A stretch of DNA of 64,000 nucleotides from Eledone cirrhosa (taxonomy: Eukaryota). A model generated the notes under the pieces. That model worked only from the letters and a program-made list of their open reading frames with translations. It was not told the DNA's origin and did not search any database. The DNA is taken from positions 14,074,001-14,138,000 of the forward strand of contig OZ024763.1 of the NCBI GenBank assembly GCA_964016885.1, given 5' to 3'. This document shows positions 1 through 12,476 of the stretch, piece by piece; positions within the stretch are counted from its first letter, which is position 1, and the number at the start of each line of letters is the position of its first letter. The position numbers were made by a program, and so were the translations under genes.

Positions 1-24
1 GAAACAATTATCATACATATGTAA

Positions 25-243
25 GGGCGGTGGGTTGGCAGAATCGGTAGATCATCGGACACCATGCTTTGCAGCATAGAGTTATGGCCTTTTACGTTCT
101 GAGTTCAAATCCCGCTGAGATTAGCTTTGCTTTTCATCCTTATGGGGTCAATAAAATAAAGTACCAGTCATGCACTGGGGTCAATTTCTTTGACTTTCCC
201 CTTCCCCCAAATTGTTGACCATGTGCCTTAATCAGAAACCATT
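25..243 (+). mobile_element. tRNA-derived SINE, Nin-domain type (octopus-like)
   Basis: A box TTGGCAGAATCGG, B box GAGTTCAAATCCC, Nin-like core TTTCATCCTTATGGGGTCAATAAAATAAAGTACCAG; more than 10 related copies in the window. Confidence 0.85.
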
Positions 244-527
244 ATATATGTGTGTGTGTGTGTGTGTGAATATATATATATACATGTGTGTATATATGTA
301 TATATATATGTGTGTGTGCGTGTTTTATATGTATACATATATATGTGTATATATATATATATGAATATATATATGTATGTATATATGTGTGTGTGTGTAT
401 ATATATGTGTGTGTGTGTGTATATGTATGTATATATATATATGTGTGTGTGTGTGTGTATATATATATGTGTGTGTGTATATATATATATATGTGTATAT
501 ATATATATATATGTGAATATATATATG

Positions 528-568
<41 letters not shown>

Positions 569-657
569 GTGTGTGGGGGGGGGGGGGGTGTACATATATA
601 TATATGTGTGTGTATATGTAGGTATATATATATGTGCATATATATATATATATATAA
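243..657. repeat. (TA)n/(TG)n compound microsatellite
   Basis: Direct inspection; source of the YI/HT/CV-rich ORFs. Confidence 0.95.
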
Positions 658-717
658 TGTAGGCAGTACCCCAGCATGGCCACAGTCCAGTGACTGAAAC
701 CAGTAGAAAAGTAGTAA

Positions 718-958
718 ATAATGATAACAACAAAGAAAACAAACAGGCCCATAATGAAAGCCCTAGGACTTAGGTATATATACAGGATACAGAAGAGCTC
801 TATACTTCAAGGCATTGCATGTATAATGAAGAGCACTGTCAATACAATAGAAACAAAACTAAAGACTACACTGCACATAGACAAGACACACACAGCTGTG
901 CTCACTAATGCTGTTATATAATACACAATAAAAGTAAGACTAATTGTAATTATAATGT
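718..958 (+). mobile_element. 3' end remnant of an RLE-type (R4/Dong-like) non-LTR retrotransposon
   Basis: Translates ...[20 protein letters not shown], resembling the IQKxxLLGTAxILRxxL C-terminus of RLE LINEs; followed by a 3' UTR and AAT-rich tail. Confidence 0.55.
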
Positions 959-1067
959 TAACCTTCAGAATGCTGAATTTCTTTATGAATTATTTCCCTT
1001 GACACTGTATTATGTATTCAGGGGAGATTACTCTATCGGTGACATATCGCTGAGAGCGCACAGAAGG

Positions 1068-1247
1068 ATAATAATTGTTTCTATTTTTTGGCACAAAGCC
1101 AGCAATTACCCCAGTGCATTACTGGTACTTTATTTTATCGAGGCAAAGTTAACCTCGGCGGGATTCGAACTCAGAATGGCAAGGGCCGTAACTCTATGCG
1201 TCAAAGCATGGCGTCCGACGCTCTACCGATACTGCCAATCCACCCTC
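1068..1247 (-). mobile_element. Nin-type SINE
   Basis: Reverse complement of the 25-243 family (CTGGTACTTTATTTTATCG, GGGATTCGAACTCAG). Confidence 0.85.
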
Positions 1248-1948
1248 GCAGGAGGATAATAATGAAGGCCGGTGATAATCACCTCTTCAGAACTGATTGT
1301 AAATGCTGCAATAGGTTGAGGTTGTGTTGCAAATAAACTATGGTGATGATGATGATTGTGGTTGTGATGATGATGATGATGATTGTGGTTGTGATGATGA
1401 TGATGATGATGATGGTGGTTGTGGTTGTGAGGATGATTCTCGTGCAAGCCGTTAGTCCCAGGTCTAAATGATAGCAGAGATGTTTTTCAATCCTGGCTCG
1501 ACTTTCATCCAGCTGTCATTATGATGTATTACGTCTCCTGTGACCATTCTATCTTATATTCAGACATAATGTAAACCAACCACAGCACATTATCCTGTTT
1601 ACCACACCCTACCAACTTCATTTTTTAAAACTCTTTAACATCTTGTAATAATTTAATAAGAAAATATCTAAAAACAGGTTTGTTAATTCAAATGTCTATA
1701 TTATATTTACTAGTGGACAGATTGTTCTGAAAATTTGTAGTTTTATATCTTAATATCCTGTAATAATTTAGCAGAGAATAGTTAATTCAAATGTTTATAG
1801 TATCTTTACTAATTGACAGATAGTTGTGAAAATTTGCAATATTAAAAGTAAAAAATTCAATATTTAATTTAATGCAGTCATAGTGTTGTTTTATACTTTT
1901 CAGGAATGTTTTGCTTATGTGGTTTCATGCAGCTTTAAGTAGCTTTAG

Positions 1949-2148
1949 CCCTTTAGCATTTACATTACATTTACATAGCATTTACATTACTCTATATTTA
2001 CTATCATATTTTCATGGTAAAGGCTTTACCTGACATAATTATCTCACATAATATTGAATCTATGTAAACAATACCTTAACATCAGTATGAGTGGTTGGTT
2101 TGAACAGAAAGGGGTGAGAGAATTATGGCCAGTTTAAATGCTAAAGGG
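1949..2148. mobile_element. piggyBac-like MITE
   Basis: TIR CCCTTTAGCATTTA...TAAATGCTAAAGGG with TTAG/TTAA flanks; partial copy at ~2387. Confidence 0.75.
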
Positions 2149-2791
2149 TTAAATATCTATAGTATCTTTACTATGGGACAAACCCGTTGAAGAAATTTGC
2201 AACATTACGTAACTTTTAATGTGATGGAGCCAGAGTACAGTTTTGTAATTTTTAAAAGTACAAAACAGCGCCATGACTTCATCCTATTAAAAATTTAAGT
2301 CTTTACTTTAATACTGCAAATTTTCACAACAATCTGTGCACTAGTAAAGATACTATAGACAAGTTAAGGCATTCTACAGGTGTGATTAACCCTTTAGCAT
2401 TTACATTACTCTATATTTACTATTGTATTTTCATAGTAAACACTCTCACATAATTATATCACATCACGGAGCTCCAGGGGGGTGTTAGAAGCCCCTTTCG
2501 TTTGGTAAGTTTTATAAGTCATATTTGTACGTCTCTTAGACAGCCAGTGTGAATGGATTTGAATGAAGAAAATAAATAAAAGAAGCTTGTCAACGAATTC
2601 CCTAGGGAGATAAAAGAAATCAAAGAGAATGAAAATAAGGACTACTTCAACAGAAATGACAACAAAAAGAAGCAATGGTGGTGAACATACACACACATGC
2701 TGACGTGAGGTATTTAATCTCCCTAGGTAATAAAATCTGATGACAAAATTTTCCTTCTTATCAAAAAAGAACACATAGATCATATCAACAT

Positions 2792-3005
2792 CCTTACACA
2801 CTTAAATATAAATGCATGTATATATACAAATGTATAAATGCATAGCTATATACATATGTATATCTATGTATGTATGTAGATTTATATTTATTTATATATA
2901 TATATATATAAATCTACATACATATATACATACATTTAATTATGTATATAGCTATGCATTTATACATTTGTATATATACATGCATTTATATTTAAGTGTG
3001 TAAGG
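2792..3005. repeat. Large AT-rich palindrome (65-bp perfect outer arms)
   Basis: 2792-2856 is the exact reverse complement of 2941-3005; inner arms surround a (TA)n centre. Confidence 0.85.
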
Positions 3006-3037
<32 letters not shown>

Positions 3038-3065
3038 GTGTGTGTATAATATATATATATATACT

Positions 3066-3320
3066 CAGTGTGACAAGAAGCTTGCTTCCCAACCACGTGT
3101 TTCCGGGATCAGTCCCACTGCTCGGGCCGACCAAAGCCTTGTGAGTGGATTTGATAGACCGAAACTAAAAGAAGCGCGTTGTATATATGTATATATATGT
3201 CTGTGTGTGTCTTTGCGTCTGTGTTTGCTCTCCCACCAATGCTTGTTGGTTTGTTGACCATAACTTACCAAGGTGATGCTCCAGCATGGGCACAGTCCAG
3301 AGACAGAAAAAAGGTAAAAT
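3066..3320 (+). mobile_element. Internally deleted octopus-type SINE
   Basis: GCTTGCTTCCCAACCAC...CGGGCCGACCAAAGCCTTGTGAGTGGATTTG...GCTCCAGCATGG tail; same tail at 660-716. Confidence 0.7.
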
Positions 3321-3338
3321 ATATGTGTGTGTGTAGAA

Positions 3339-3511
3339 GAGGGGTCTCAAACTCAAGGACACAAAAGGGCCATTACGTCCTGGGGGAGAGGCACAGTGGG
3401 CCAGACATGGTGGTGGGTGAAGATTTTCACCAGTTATAATGCAATATGAAATATTGGTTCTACCACGGGCCACAGAAAAGTAGTTCGCGGGCCGCATGTT
3501 TGTACCCCCTG
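3339..3511. mobile_element. hAT-Charlie-like MITE
   Basis: Imperfect TIRs (G)AGGGGTCTCAAAC / GTTTGTACCCCCTG; subterminal CGCGGGCCGCA. Confidence 0.65.
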
Positions 3512-3637
3512 TTGGAGATAGATAGATGTGTACCAAACGCGCGCACACACACACACACACATTTCTTACTCTCTCTGTCCCTCCCTCTTTCTCTCTTCAT
3601 TTATATATATATATATATGTAGCGTTGTTGGAAAGAG

Positions 3638-5567
3638 CAGTGGCCTTTGACCTGGCAATAAAAAACTAGACAAAATTCTTTCTGTACCCAAACCAAGACA
3701 CACACACACAAATTTGTGTGTGTGTATCTATCTATGTATGTATATATATATATAAGGGATACAAATACTACTTTCTCACTGTCACCAAGCTTCTCAATTC
3801 ATTCGTTGCTAAGTATTTTATTTTGCAAGGTACTATTTTCCCAGTGAGTTTGTGATTCAAGAGAAAGGTAAGAAATTCTTCATATTTTGCATCTTTTGTA
3901 TTTTGACTTTACAGTTTGAATTGTAGAATTGTTTATCGAATCAAAATATTACAACAGCTAACAGTGAAATATAGAATAAAAAAAAAAGCTTTTCCGACTG
4001 AAATCAAGTCTTTGAGAACATTACCGTCTATTTTTCAAAAATATATAATTTGAAATAGTTTGCTTTTGTTTTGGACTGAAACTTTTTTTGTATTTAATTT
4101 GTACGGGTATTTTTTAAAGATTCTAACATAACTTGATTTGGCCCATTACGTGCACTGCCGCATTCATATTTCTCAACTTATTATAACTAAGTCCGTACAA
4201 CAAGCTTCACTTATCAAAAATGTTCTCGATTACGTGAATGAATTGCGAAAACTATATAGTGCATCAGGGAAACTTAAGCACGCGTATTTATCACAACATG
4301 ATGAAGAAAATGAAGTATTGTCACCACGCTCCTTAACACCTGTGTGCCTTACTCGATGGCTAACACAACTTTCTGCAGTCAAAGCCCTTCTTGACAATTA
4401 TTCAGATGTCCCTATTTCTTTACAAGAGGCAACAAATGATTTTGGCACCAACATTGCATCCAGAGCTAATGTTATTCCTAAGTGTCACTCTCCGGGCCAA
4501 TGTGTCCTTGGATTGCACGTTGTAGTTCCATTACTTCAATTCCTTGAAGGATTGAACAAATATTTTCAAAGTACCACCTTCAATCTAGGTAGCATGTTGC
4601 ATAGTGTCAAACTGGTGCAGGAGGAGCTAAAAAAATCTACGCAGTGAAGAAAGATTTCAGGAGCTGTTCAATACAGCAGAAAAAATGATTTATCAACTCG
4701 ATATTTCTCCTTTGGAGCTACCCAGACAACGAAGAGTTCCTAAAAGATACCAGGAAGGAAATGCGTTAAAATATCAACACTGCACTGCTTTGGATCATTA
4801 CAGAGTGCAGTATTTGCAGGTAGTGGATACTGCAATATCAAATTTGAAAGATTATTTTTTTTCACAGGATTTAGCAGATTATGAAAAACTGAGCAATATT
4901 TTACTCAATGGAAATGTTTGTGCTGAAATGATCATGCAGTATCCAGAGATTGATGAATTTTCTTTAAGGAATGAAATACTTTTTTATAGAAATCATCATA
5001 ATGGATCATCTCTCGAGGATCATCATAAAATATTCGGTGAAATGCAACCAGAAGTCCGTCACATGTTTCTAAATGTTGAGCGATTGCTCAGGCTACTTTT
5101 AATGTTTCCAACCAGTTCTTGTGAAGCTGAAAGATCTTTTAGCGCTCTGCAGAGACTCAAAACTTGGTTGCGATCAACCATGACTTAACAAAGGTTGAAT
5201 CATATTCTAATATGAGACGTTCATAGAGATGTTTTGAAAAAGATTAGTTGTGAAGAAGTTGCTAAATTATTTATTGACAGCAATGATGCGAGATATGATA
5301 CATTTGGAAAGTTCTAAATAAAAATCATATAAAGTAAATTTACTTTATATGATTTTTATTCAAACGTCTATGTTTTATTTTTTGTTTATTTGATATAATA
5401 AATACTTTTTAAGCTTATTTATTTTATATCTGAACTTCATTTAATTTAATTAGCGTAAAATTTTACTTATGTGATAGGGTTCAGGAAAGACACCATAAGT
5501 AATACTAAAATGCTCCAACAAATGTTGGTTTGTCCCTCCCACATTTTTAAGGCAAATGAGGCCCCTG
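3638..5567 (+). mobile_element. Decayed hAT transposon (Tip100/ZMYM1-like), internally deleted
   Basis: Termini CAGTGGCCT / AGGCCCCTG; 8-bp TSD GGAAAGAG / GAAAAGAG (7/8 match); contains a transposase pseudogene. Confidence 0.75.
4138..5317 (+). pseudogene. hAT transposase C-terminal half, with frameshift and stops
   Basis: Motifs HYVHCRIH, CLTRW, LPRQRRVPKRY and hATC dimerisation SSCEAERSFSALQRLKTWLRSTMT*QRLN; frameshift near 4640. Confidence 0.85.
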
Positions 5568-6321
5568 GAAAAGAGCAACATTATTCATGAATTGAATTCA
5601 CTGACCCGTTCATCACCGTGTTCGGCTTGACCGCGATACTTCAGCTCATTCTTCCTAACATTTGGTTTGCTTGACCCCATCTTCTCGTCACTGCATTTCC
5701 ACATCATTTATTCTATAACTAGGTTGTTGCTATTCCTATATAAACTGACTGTTTATACTACGATCAAGTCTTGTTATAGCCTTGGGTTTAAGGAAGTGCT
5801 TTTGTAGTCTTCAACAGTCATCCATTATAATTGCAGCACCATTACAAGAATATCACAGTGATGCATTAAGTTAAGGGTGATAAGTTGAGTAACTCTGACT
5901 AATAAGTAATGTCTTAACTTAGTATTATTGCGTCTTATCACTACGTGCTTAATTGATGAATTCCATTTCAAAATAGTACATTACTAGTCATTCTTGCATT
6001 AAGTTCTCTTGAACTCGTTACCTCGTTGATCCTTTATTGAGTCTGCCACCTTAATTCCCTCAAGCTAAGTTATTACTATTCCTACATGAAAGACTGGTTA
6101 ATCTCCATATATAACTTGTCTCGACTTGGTTAATTAATGACAGTATTTGTGTTTTTTATTGCAGTTGTGTTTATTACAAAGTGTTATTCCAGAACTTTAC
6201 TTGAAACTTTATCATACTGGAACAGGACTCATTATAGTAAGTTCCTTATACATAATTTTATAGGCTTATATAGGCAAATAATTTTTGCATAATTTTACCA
6301 AACACATTCGATAAACAGAAA

Positions 6322-7842
6322 ATGGCCTCAGCAATGAAGAAAAAATGCAGGCAGTACAGCGTTGATTACTTATGGTTCGGATTCATCCCATCGCCATCAA
6401 ACCACCTGTCACCCATGTGTTTAATTTGCAAGGAGTCTTTTTTGAATGAGGCGATGAAGCCATCGCGTTTGAGTAGACACCTGGAGGTGAGGCACCCCGA
6501 TAAGAGATATAAAGATTTAGCATACTTTCAGTCTCTTAGGGACCAATTTCAGAAAACAACACTAATTTCTTCTGCCTTTTCAAAACTTGAAGCTTCAAAT
6601 GTTGATGGACTTGTCGCATCTTACAATATTGCCAACATAATCGCAAAGTGTGGCAAGCCCCATTCCTTGGGTGAAACATTGGTAGCTCCTGTCATCTTAG
6701 AAGTTCTTTCAACAGTACTACGTCAGAACCCGTTAAAGACCTTGAAATGTATTCCGTTGAGTAACGACTCAATAAAGAGACGCAGCGACGAAATGGCGGA
6801 AAATGTTGAACAAAAAATATGCAACTTGATGAAAGCACACTTTCCGGGAATCAGTCCTTACTACTGGGATACGTGCGATTTTTCCACCAAAACGAAATGC
6901 ACGAGGAGCTTCTCTTCACTCTGAATAGCCACAGATACTAAAGGTGCCACCATCTTCAAATCTGTCAAGGGATACCTCGAAGAAAAAGAGATACCTCTTA
7001 ACAATATTGTATCATGTGCTACGGACAGCGCACGAGCAATGGTTGGCCAACATAAGGGTTTCGTCTCTCTTCTGAAGAGGGAAAATCCATCTGTATTTGC
7101 TGTTCATTGTGTCATTCATCGACAACACTTGGCTGCAAAGAAACTCAGCGAGCCGCTGAGCAAGTCTTTGCAGGTAGCCATTGATGTCATCAATTATATC
7201 AAACGCCATGCCCTCAATGAACGAATTTTCCGGCAACTGTGCGAAGATAATGACGAAGAATTCGTTGAGTTGTTCCTTCATACTGAAGTGAGGTGGCTTT
7301 CAAAGGGCAAGTGCCTTACTCGCTTCTTTGAACTGTTCAACTCTATCATTGAGTTTCTTCGAGGATGCAACACAGAACTGTACAAAAAAACCCTCGATGT
7401 GAGGCAAGACTGCGCCTACCCCGCCGACATCTTCGACAAATGCAATAGCCTCATTATGGTTTTGCAGGGGGAGATCACCTTGTTTAAAGCAAGGAATGCT
7501 GTGAAAATATTCCTGGCCAAATTGAAAGTCATCGAAAGAAATCTTTGTCGATGGGAATTCTATAATTTTCCTAGTGTCGCCAATGTTCAAAACATTGTGA
7601 GCGATGACCAACTCCAAATGTATACCGCGCACCTCCGTGCACTACAAGACAACATGAGAGAACGGTTTGTCGACCTTTTGCCGATGGACATCCCAATGTG
7701 GATAGCAGATCCCTTCATAGCTAACGTCGACGATTTGGACGTTAAATTCCAGGAAGAATTCATTGAACTTCAGACAGATGACATTATCAAAATTAAATTT
7801 TCCAAAATAGGTGAACCCCTTTTTTTGGATGCATTGTCATGA
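6322..7842 (+). pseudogene. Charlie/Buster (SCAND3/ZBED8-like) hAT transposase pseudogene
   Basis: BED finger CLIC...KPSRLSRHL..RH, PLSNDSIKRR, CATDSARAMVG, HCVIHRQHL, HTEVRWLSKG; first catalytic motif (LDES) deleted with frameshift near 6840; 3' end truncated at a SINE. Confidence 0.9.
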
Positions 7843-8055
7843 GGTGGTGGATTGGCAGTATAGGGCACCGGACAACATGCTGTGTAGCATAGAGTTATGG
7901 CCCTTTATGTTCTGAGTTCAAATCCCGCCAAGGTTAGCTTTGCCTTTCATCCTTACAGGGTTAATCAAGTACCAGTAACGTACTGGAGTCAATTTAATCG
8001 ATTTTCCTCTACTCCGAAATTGTTGGCCTTGGGCCTAAATCAGAAACCATTATCA
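7841..8055 (+). mobile_element. Nin-type SINE at the truncation point of the Buster transposase
   Basis: A/B boxes and Nin core as in 25-243. Confidence 0.85.
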
Positions 8056-8189
8056 TCGTTGTCGTCCTGTGTCTGTAGAAAGTGGGGAGTGGGCATTTTG
8101 GTGATGACAGGCACTTGTCATCCTCTCTAGTGTTGGTTTCAATGACACAATGTACCTTGTAAACTCTGTAAGTAGGTAGACAAACAAGA

Positions 8190-9285
8190 TTACTCTGGTG
8201 CAGTTGTGTCCTTAGTAAGGAGACAGACAAGGTTACCCTGGTGTTGTGATGCCCTTTGTAAGTTGAGAAACAGACAAGAGTTACCCTGGTGCTGTAGTGT
8301 CCTTTGTAAGGAGAGAGACAAGGTTACCCTGGTGCTGTGATGTCCTCTCTAAGTTGAGAAACAGACAGACAAGGTTACCCTGGTGTTGTGATGCCCTTTG
8401 TAAGTTGAGAAACAGACAGAGTTACCCTGGTGCTGTAGTGTCCTTTGTAAGGAGAGAGACAAGGTTACCCTGGTGCTGTGATGTCCTCTCTAAGTTGAGA
8501 AACAGACAGACAAGGTTACCCTGGTGCTGTGATGTCCTTTGTAAGTTGAGAAACAGACAGAGTTACCCTGGTGCTGTAGTGTCCTTTGTAAGGAGAGAGA
8601 GACAATGTTACCCTGGTGCTGTGATGTCCTCTCTAAGTTGAGAAACAGACAGACAAGGTTACCCTGGTGCTGTGATGTCCTTTGTAAGTTGAGAAACAGA
8701 CAGAGTTACCCTGGTGCTGTAGTGTCCTTTGTAAGGAGAGAGAGACAAGGTTACCCTGGTGCTGTGATGTCCTCTCTAAGTTGAGAAACAGACAGACAAG
8801 GTTACCCTGGTGCTGTGATGTCCTTTGTAAGTTGAGAAACAGACAGAGTTACCCTGGTGCTGTAGTGTCCTTTGTAAGGAGAGAGAGACAATGTTACCCT
8901 GGTGCTGTGATGTCCTCTCTAAGTTGAGAAACAGACAGACAAGGTTACCCTGGTGCTGTGATGTCCTTTGTAAGTTGAGAAACAGACAGAGTTACCCTGG
9001 TGCTGTAGTGTCCTTTGTAAGGAGAGAGAGACAATGTTACCCTGGTGCTGTGATGTCCTCTCTAAGTTGAGAAACAGACAGACAAGGTTACCCTGGTGCT
9101 GTGATGTCCTTTGTAAGTTGAGAAACAGACAGAGTTACCCTGGTGCTGTAGTGTCCTTTGTAAGGAGAGAGAGACAAGGTTACCCTGGTGCTGTGATGTC
9201 CTCTCTAAGTTGAGAAACAGACAGACAAGGTTACCCTGGTGCTGTGATGTCCTTTGTAAGCTGGAAAACAGACAAGGTTATTCTT
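8190..9285. repeat. Minisatellite of 43-51 bp monomers arranged as a 141-143 bp trimeric higher-order repeat
   Basis: Monomer core GTTACCCTGGTGCTGT; A-type monomer starts at 8280, 8421, 8562, 8705, 8848, 8991, 9134. Confidence 0.95.
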
Positions 9286-9722
9286 CTGTTGTTCATGAGT
9301 TAATTATGTCATAAAAACATGTATATACAAAATACAGGCTAAACAACCAATGTTTATATACACCTATATATATACACATCTATATATGCATTTGTATATA
9401 CATTACACTAGCTAAAGGACCTGTGTTTATACATAAATATTTCTACATTTCTATATACAACATAACAGCTTAAAAACCTGTTTTTATCACATTTATATAT
9501 GCATTTGTATATACAACAGACAAGCTTTAGAAAATGCCTTTATATACATCTTTATACAGCTGGTAGATTCAGCAAGCTTCAAATTGTTCTGGAAGGTTTA
9601 AATATACGATGTGAATTAGTCCAGTAGCTAACCAGTTTATCTGCTGCAGTGTTTATTAATAGAAAAAATCAGCAGATTATATTGCACGTACACACACACA
9701 CACTCACTCACATATATATATA

Positions 9723-9819
9723 CAGGGTGTCCCAAAAATGTATACACACTTTGATTACCTGTACAGGCAATATTTATTAGAATGCTGTTGAATTGTGTAT
9801 ACATTTTTTGGGACACCCG
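9723..9819. mobile_element. Tc1/mariner-like MITE
   Basis: TIR CAGGGTGTCCCAAAAATGTATACAC / GTGTATACATTTTTTGGGACACCCG preceded by TA; related copy at 56328-56407. Confidence 0.75.
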
Positions 9820-10185
9820 TTATCATCATCATTGTTTAACGTCCATCTTCCTTGCTAGCATGGGTTGGACAGGTTTGTCCCACTTGAGGCAAGATTGGTT
9901 GGGTGATCATGTCTCGCTCGTATAGAAATGTTTCCCACAGGTTTTCTATGGCTGGATGCCCTTCCTCACACCAAAGTGTGAACAGGAATAATTACCTGAA
10001 AGAAACGCAGATCCTGGCATTGCCCACAACAGGCCAACTTGCTTAACCCATGCTAGTGTCGAAAAATGGACATAAAATGATGATGGTGATAATATATATA
10101 TAATGTGTGTGTGTATATATATATATATCAGTATATATAGATATGTATATATACATAAATGCATATCTATATGTGTGTGTGTATG

Positions 10186-10244
<59 letters not shown>

Positions 10245-10346
10245 CCAGAGAGTGTAACTTGGAGTTACTGTAGGGTGAGCACTCGATGTTTAGGTTCACT
10301 TCAGTGTCGAGGTGTAGAGCTATACAGAGTGTATTATAGTGAAAAG

Positions 10347-10530
10347 ATTGGCAGTATATGTAGAGGGTCGGACGCCATGCTTTGACGCATAGAGTTACGA
10401 CCCTTGCCATTCTGAGTTCAAATCCCGCCGAGGTTAACTTTGCCTTTCACCCTTACGGGGTCGATAAAATAAAGTACCAGTAATGCACTGGGTAATTGCT
10501 GGCCTTGTGCCAAACATAGAAGCAATTATA
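10347..10530 (+). mobile_element. Nin-type SINE
   Basis: Near-identical to copies at 24673, 32203 and 61122. Confidence 0.85.
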
Positions 10531-10811
10531 GTGAAAAGATAACAAGGACGATTGGTTACTCCTTTGTTACATTTATTGGTTGGTGACACGTGTTTCACCA
10601 CTGATCAGCTCAAGGTTCGATCTGTATCGATCTTACCCGACTCTGGAATCTGCGCCTTGTCGGACCCCTTGTAATGCTATATATATATATATAAATATAT
10701 GTGTGTGTATGTAACTCTTTCTCTCTCTCAAAATATAATATATATATATTGTTGAATACCTCAGCTGTTTACACAGACACACACACACAGTTTTAGTTAC
10801 AAACTCACAAC

Positions 10812-11044
10812 TTGAGCAAGACACTTTATTTCACATTGCTCCAGTTTACTCAGCTGTAGAAATGAGATGATAGGGACTGGGGTCCATATCATTCCACTGA
10901 AAAGTGGTCGTGGAGGTGCCACGGCAAAAAAGCACCCAGCACTCACTGTAAATGAGGTTGGTGTTAGGAAGGGCATCCAGCTGTAGAAACCAAGCCAGAA
11001 TCAGTTCCCGTCCCACCCTTGCAAAGCGGACGTAAAATGATGAT
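10812..11044 (+). mobile_element. CORE-type SINE with RTE-derived tail, 5' truncated
   Basis: CTTGAGCAAGACACTTTATTTCAC core; GTTAGGAAGGGCATCCAGCTGTAGAAA; (ATG)n tail. Confidence 0.75.
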
Positions 11045-11177
11045 ATATAAATATATATATATTATACACACACACACACTCACATACATATGTGCCAGGT
11101 ATGCTGACCTGTATATATACATGTTTTTGTGTGTGTGTGTATATATATATATATACATCATCAGACGTTAAATGATA

Positions 11178-11521
11178 TCATTTCATCATTTCATTTCATT
11201 TTACGTCCACTTTTCCCTGCTTGCAAGGGTGAGACGGGAACTGATTCTGGCTTCATTTCTACAGCTGGATGCCCTTCGTAACACCAACCTCATTTACAGT
11301 GAGTGCTGGGTGCTTTTTTGCCGTGGCACTCCCACGACCACTTTGCAGTGGAATGATATGGACCCCAGTCCATATCATCTCATTTCTACAGCTGAGTGAA
11401 TTGGAGCAATGTGAAATAAAGTGTCTTGCTCAAGGAAACAACACATCACCTGGTCTGAGAATTGAACTCATAACCTTTTGATTGCAAGGCCAATGCTCTA
11501 ACCACTAAGCCATGTGCCTCC
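11178..11521 (-). mobile_element. Full-length CORE-type tRNA-SINE with RTE-derived tail
   Basis: Minus strand: TGGCTTAGTGG A box, GAGTTCAATTC B box, core, tail; further copies at 14726-14974 and 15620-15880. Confidence 0.8.
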
Positions 11522-11577
11522 ATATATATATATATATACACACACAAAAACATGTATATGTATATATACACACAAAT

Positions 11578-11825
11578 AGCAAAGCATAAACAAACTAAGT
11601 GAAAAATTAGGCATAAGTGGGATCAGATGCAGTTTACTAGAGGGGAGATTGTGTGGGTAAGTTTATGTGATGTGTATGAAAGATGACAGCTGTATAAAAA
11701 AAAGTGCAGGCCGATAAAAATTGATGGAAGCTACAGAGTAGGTAGACCTAGAAAGGTAGATCTGGGATGAGATGATAAAGGCTGACCTTGCACACTTGAA
11801 CCTCTCTAAGACAATGTCAGACTTA
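11578..11825 (+). mobile_element. Degenerate RTE LINE 3' fragment
   Basis: Alignable by eye with 15344-15590 and 55700-55950. Confidence 0.6.
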
Positions 11826-12286
11826 AACTTACACTCAGGAGGCACCTCCTAATCCAATATACACCCTCCACTTCCACCCATACCACCCTTACTCTGTAAA
11901 GTTATGTTCGTACCACAAAACATGCAGCCCATGCTGTAAAGAGGTCTTGTAGGTGTCATGACAAAAAGCACTGAGTCCACACTGTAAATGTGGTTGGAGT
12001 TAGGAAGGGTATCCAGCCGAAGAAAACCAGCCAGTACAGTCCTATACGAGTGAGACTCAGTCACCTAACTTGCCTCAAATAGGGCAAAGCCGTCTAACCC
12101 ATGCTACCATGGAAGATAAAGGTTAAACGATGATGATGATGATGGTGATGATATATATATATATATGTATGTATATATAATTTATATATATATATATTAA
12201 AAAATAAATTTAGAAATTTATTTCTCTCACTAGCACAGCTGTACATAAATGAAAGTATGCATATGTACACACACACACACGCACAC

Positions 12287-12318
<32 letters not shown>

Positions 12319-12476
12319 ATAAAACACAAACAGTTTGGATCTAACTTTCAAAATGGCTGGAGCTCAGCCGTCAGGGTCCTGAATCTTTTTCATATATATA
12401 TATACACATCATCATCATCGTTTAACGTCCATTTTCCATGCTAGCATGGGTCCCTCCATGATTTTCCATATGTATA

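Noticed and set aside
228-752. YI/HT/CV-rich ORFs here and at ~10.1, 20.2, 27.7, 31.5 and 55.2 kb
   Set aside because: Translations of dinucleotide microsatellites
2454-2801. 115-aa minus-strand membrane-like ORF
   Set aside because: Hydrophobicity mirrors the A-rich plus strand, which looks like a stop-ridden TE remnant
8190-9285. CRISPR-like periodic repeat
   Set aside because: Intervening sequences recur rather than being unique spacers; eukaryotic context; no cas genes
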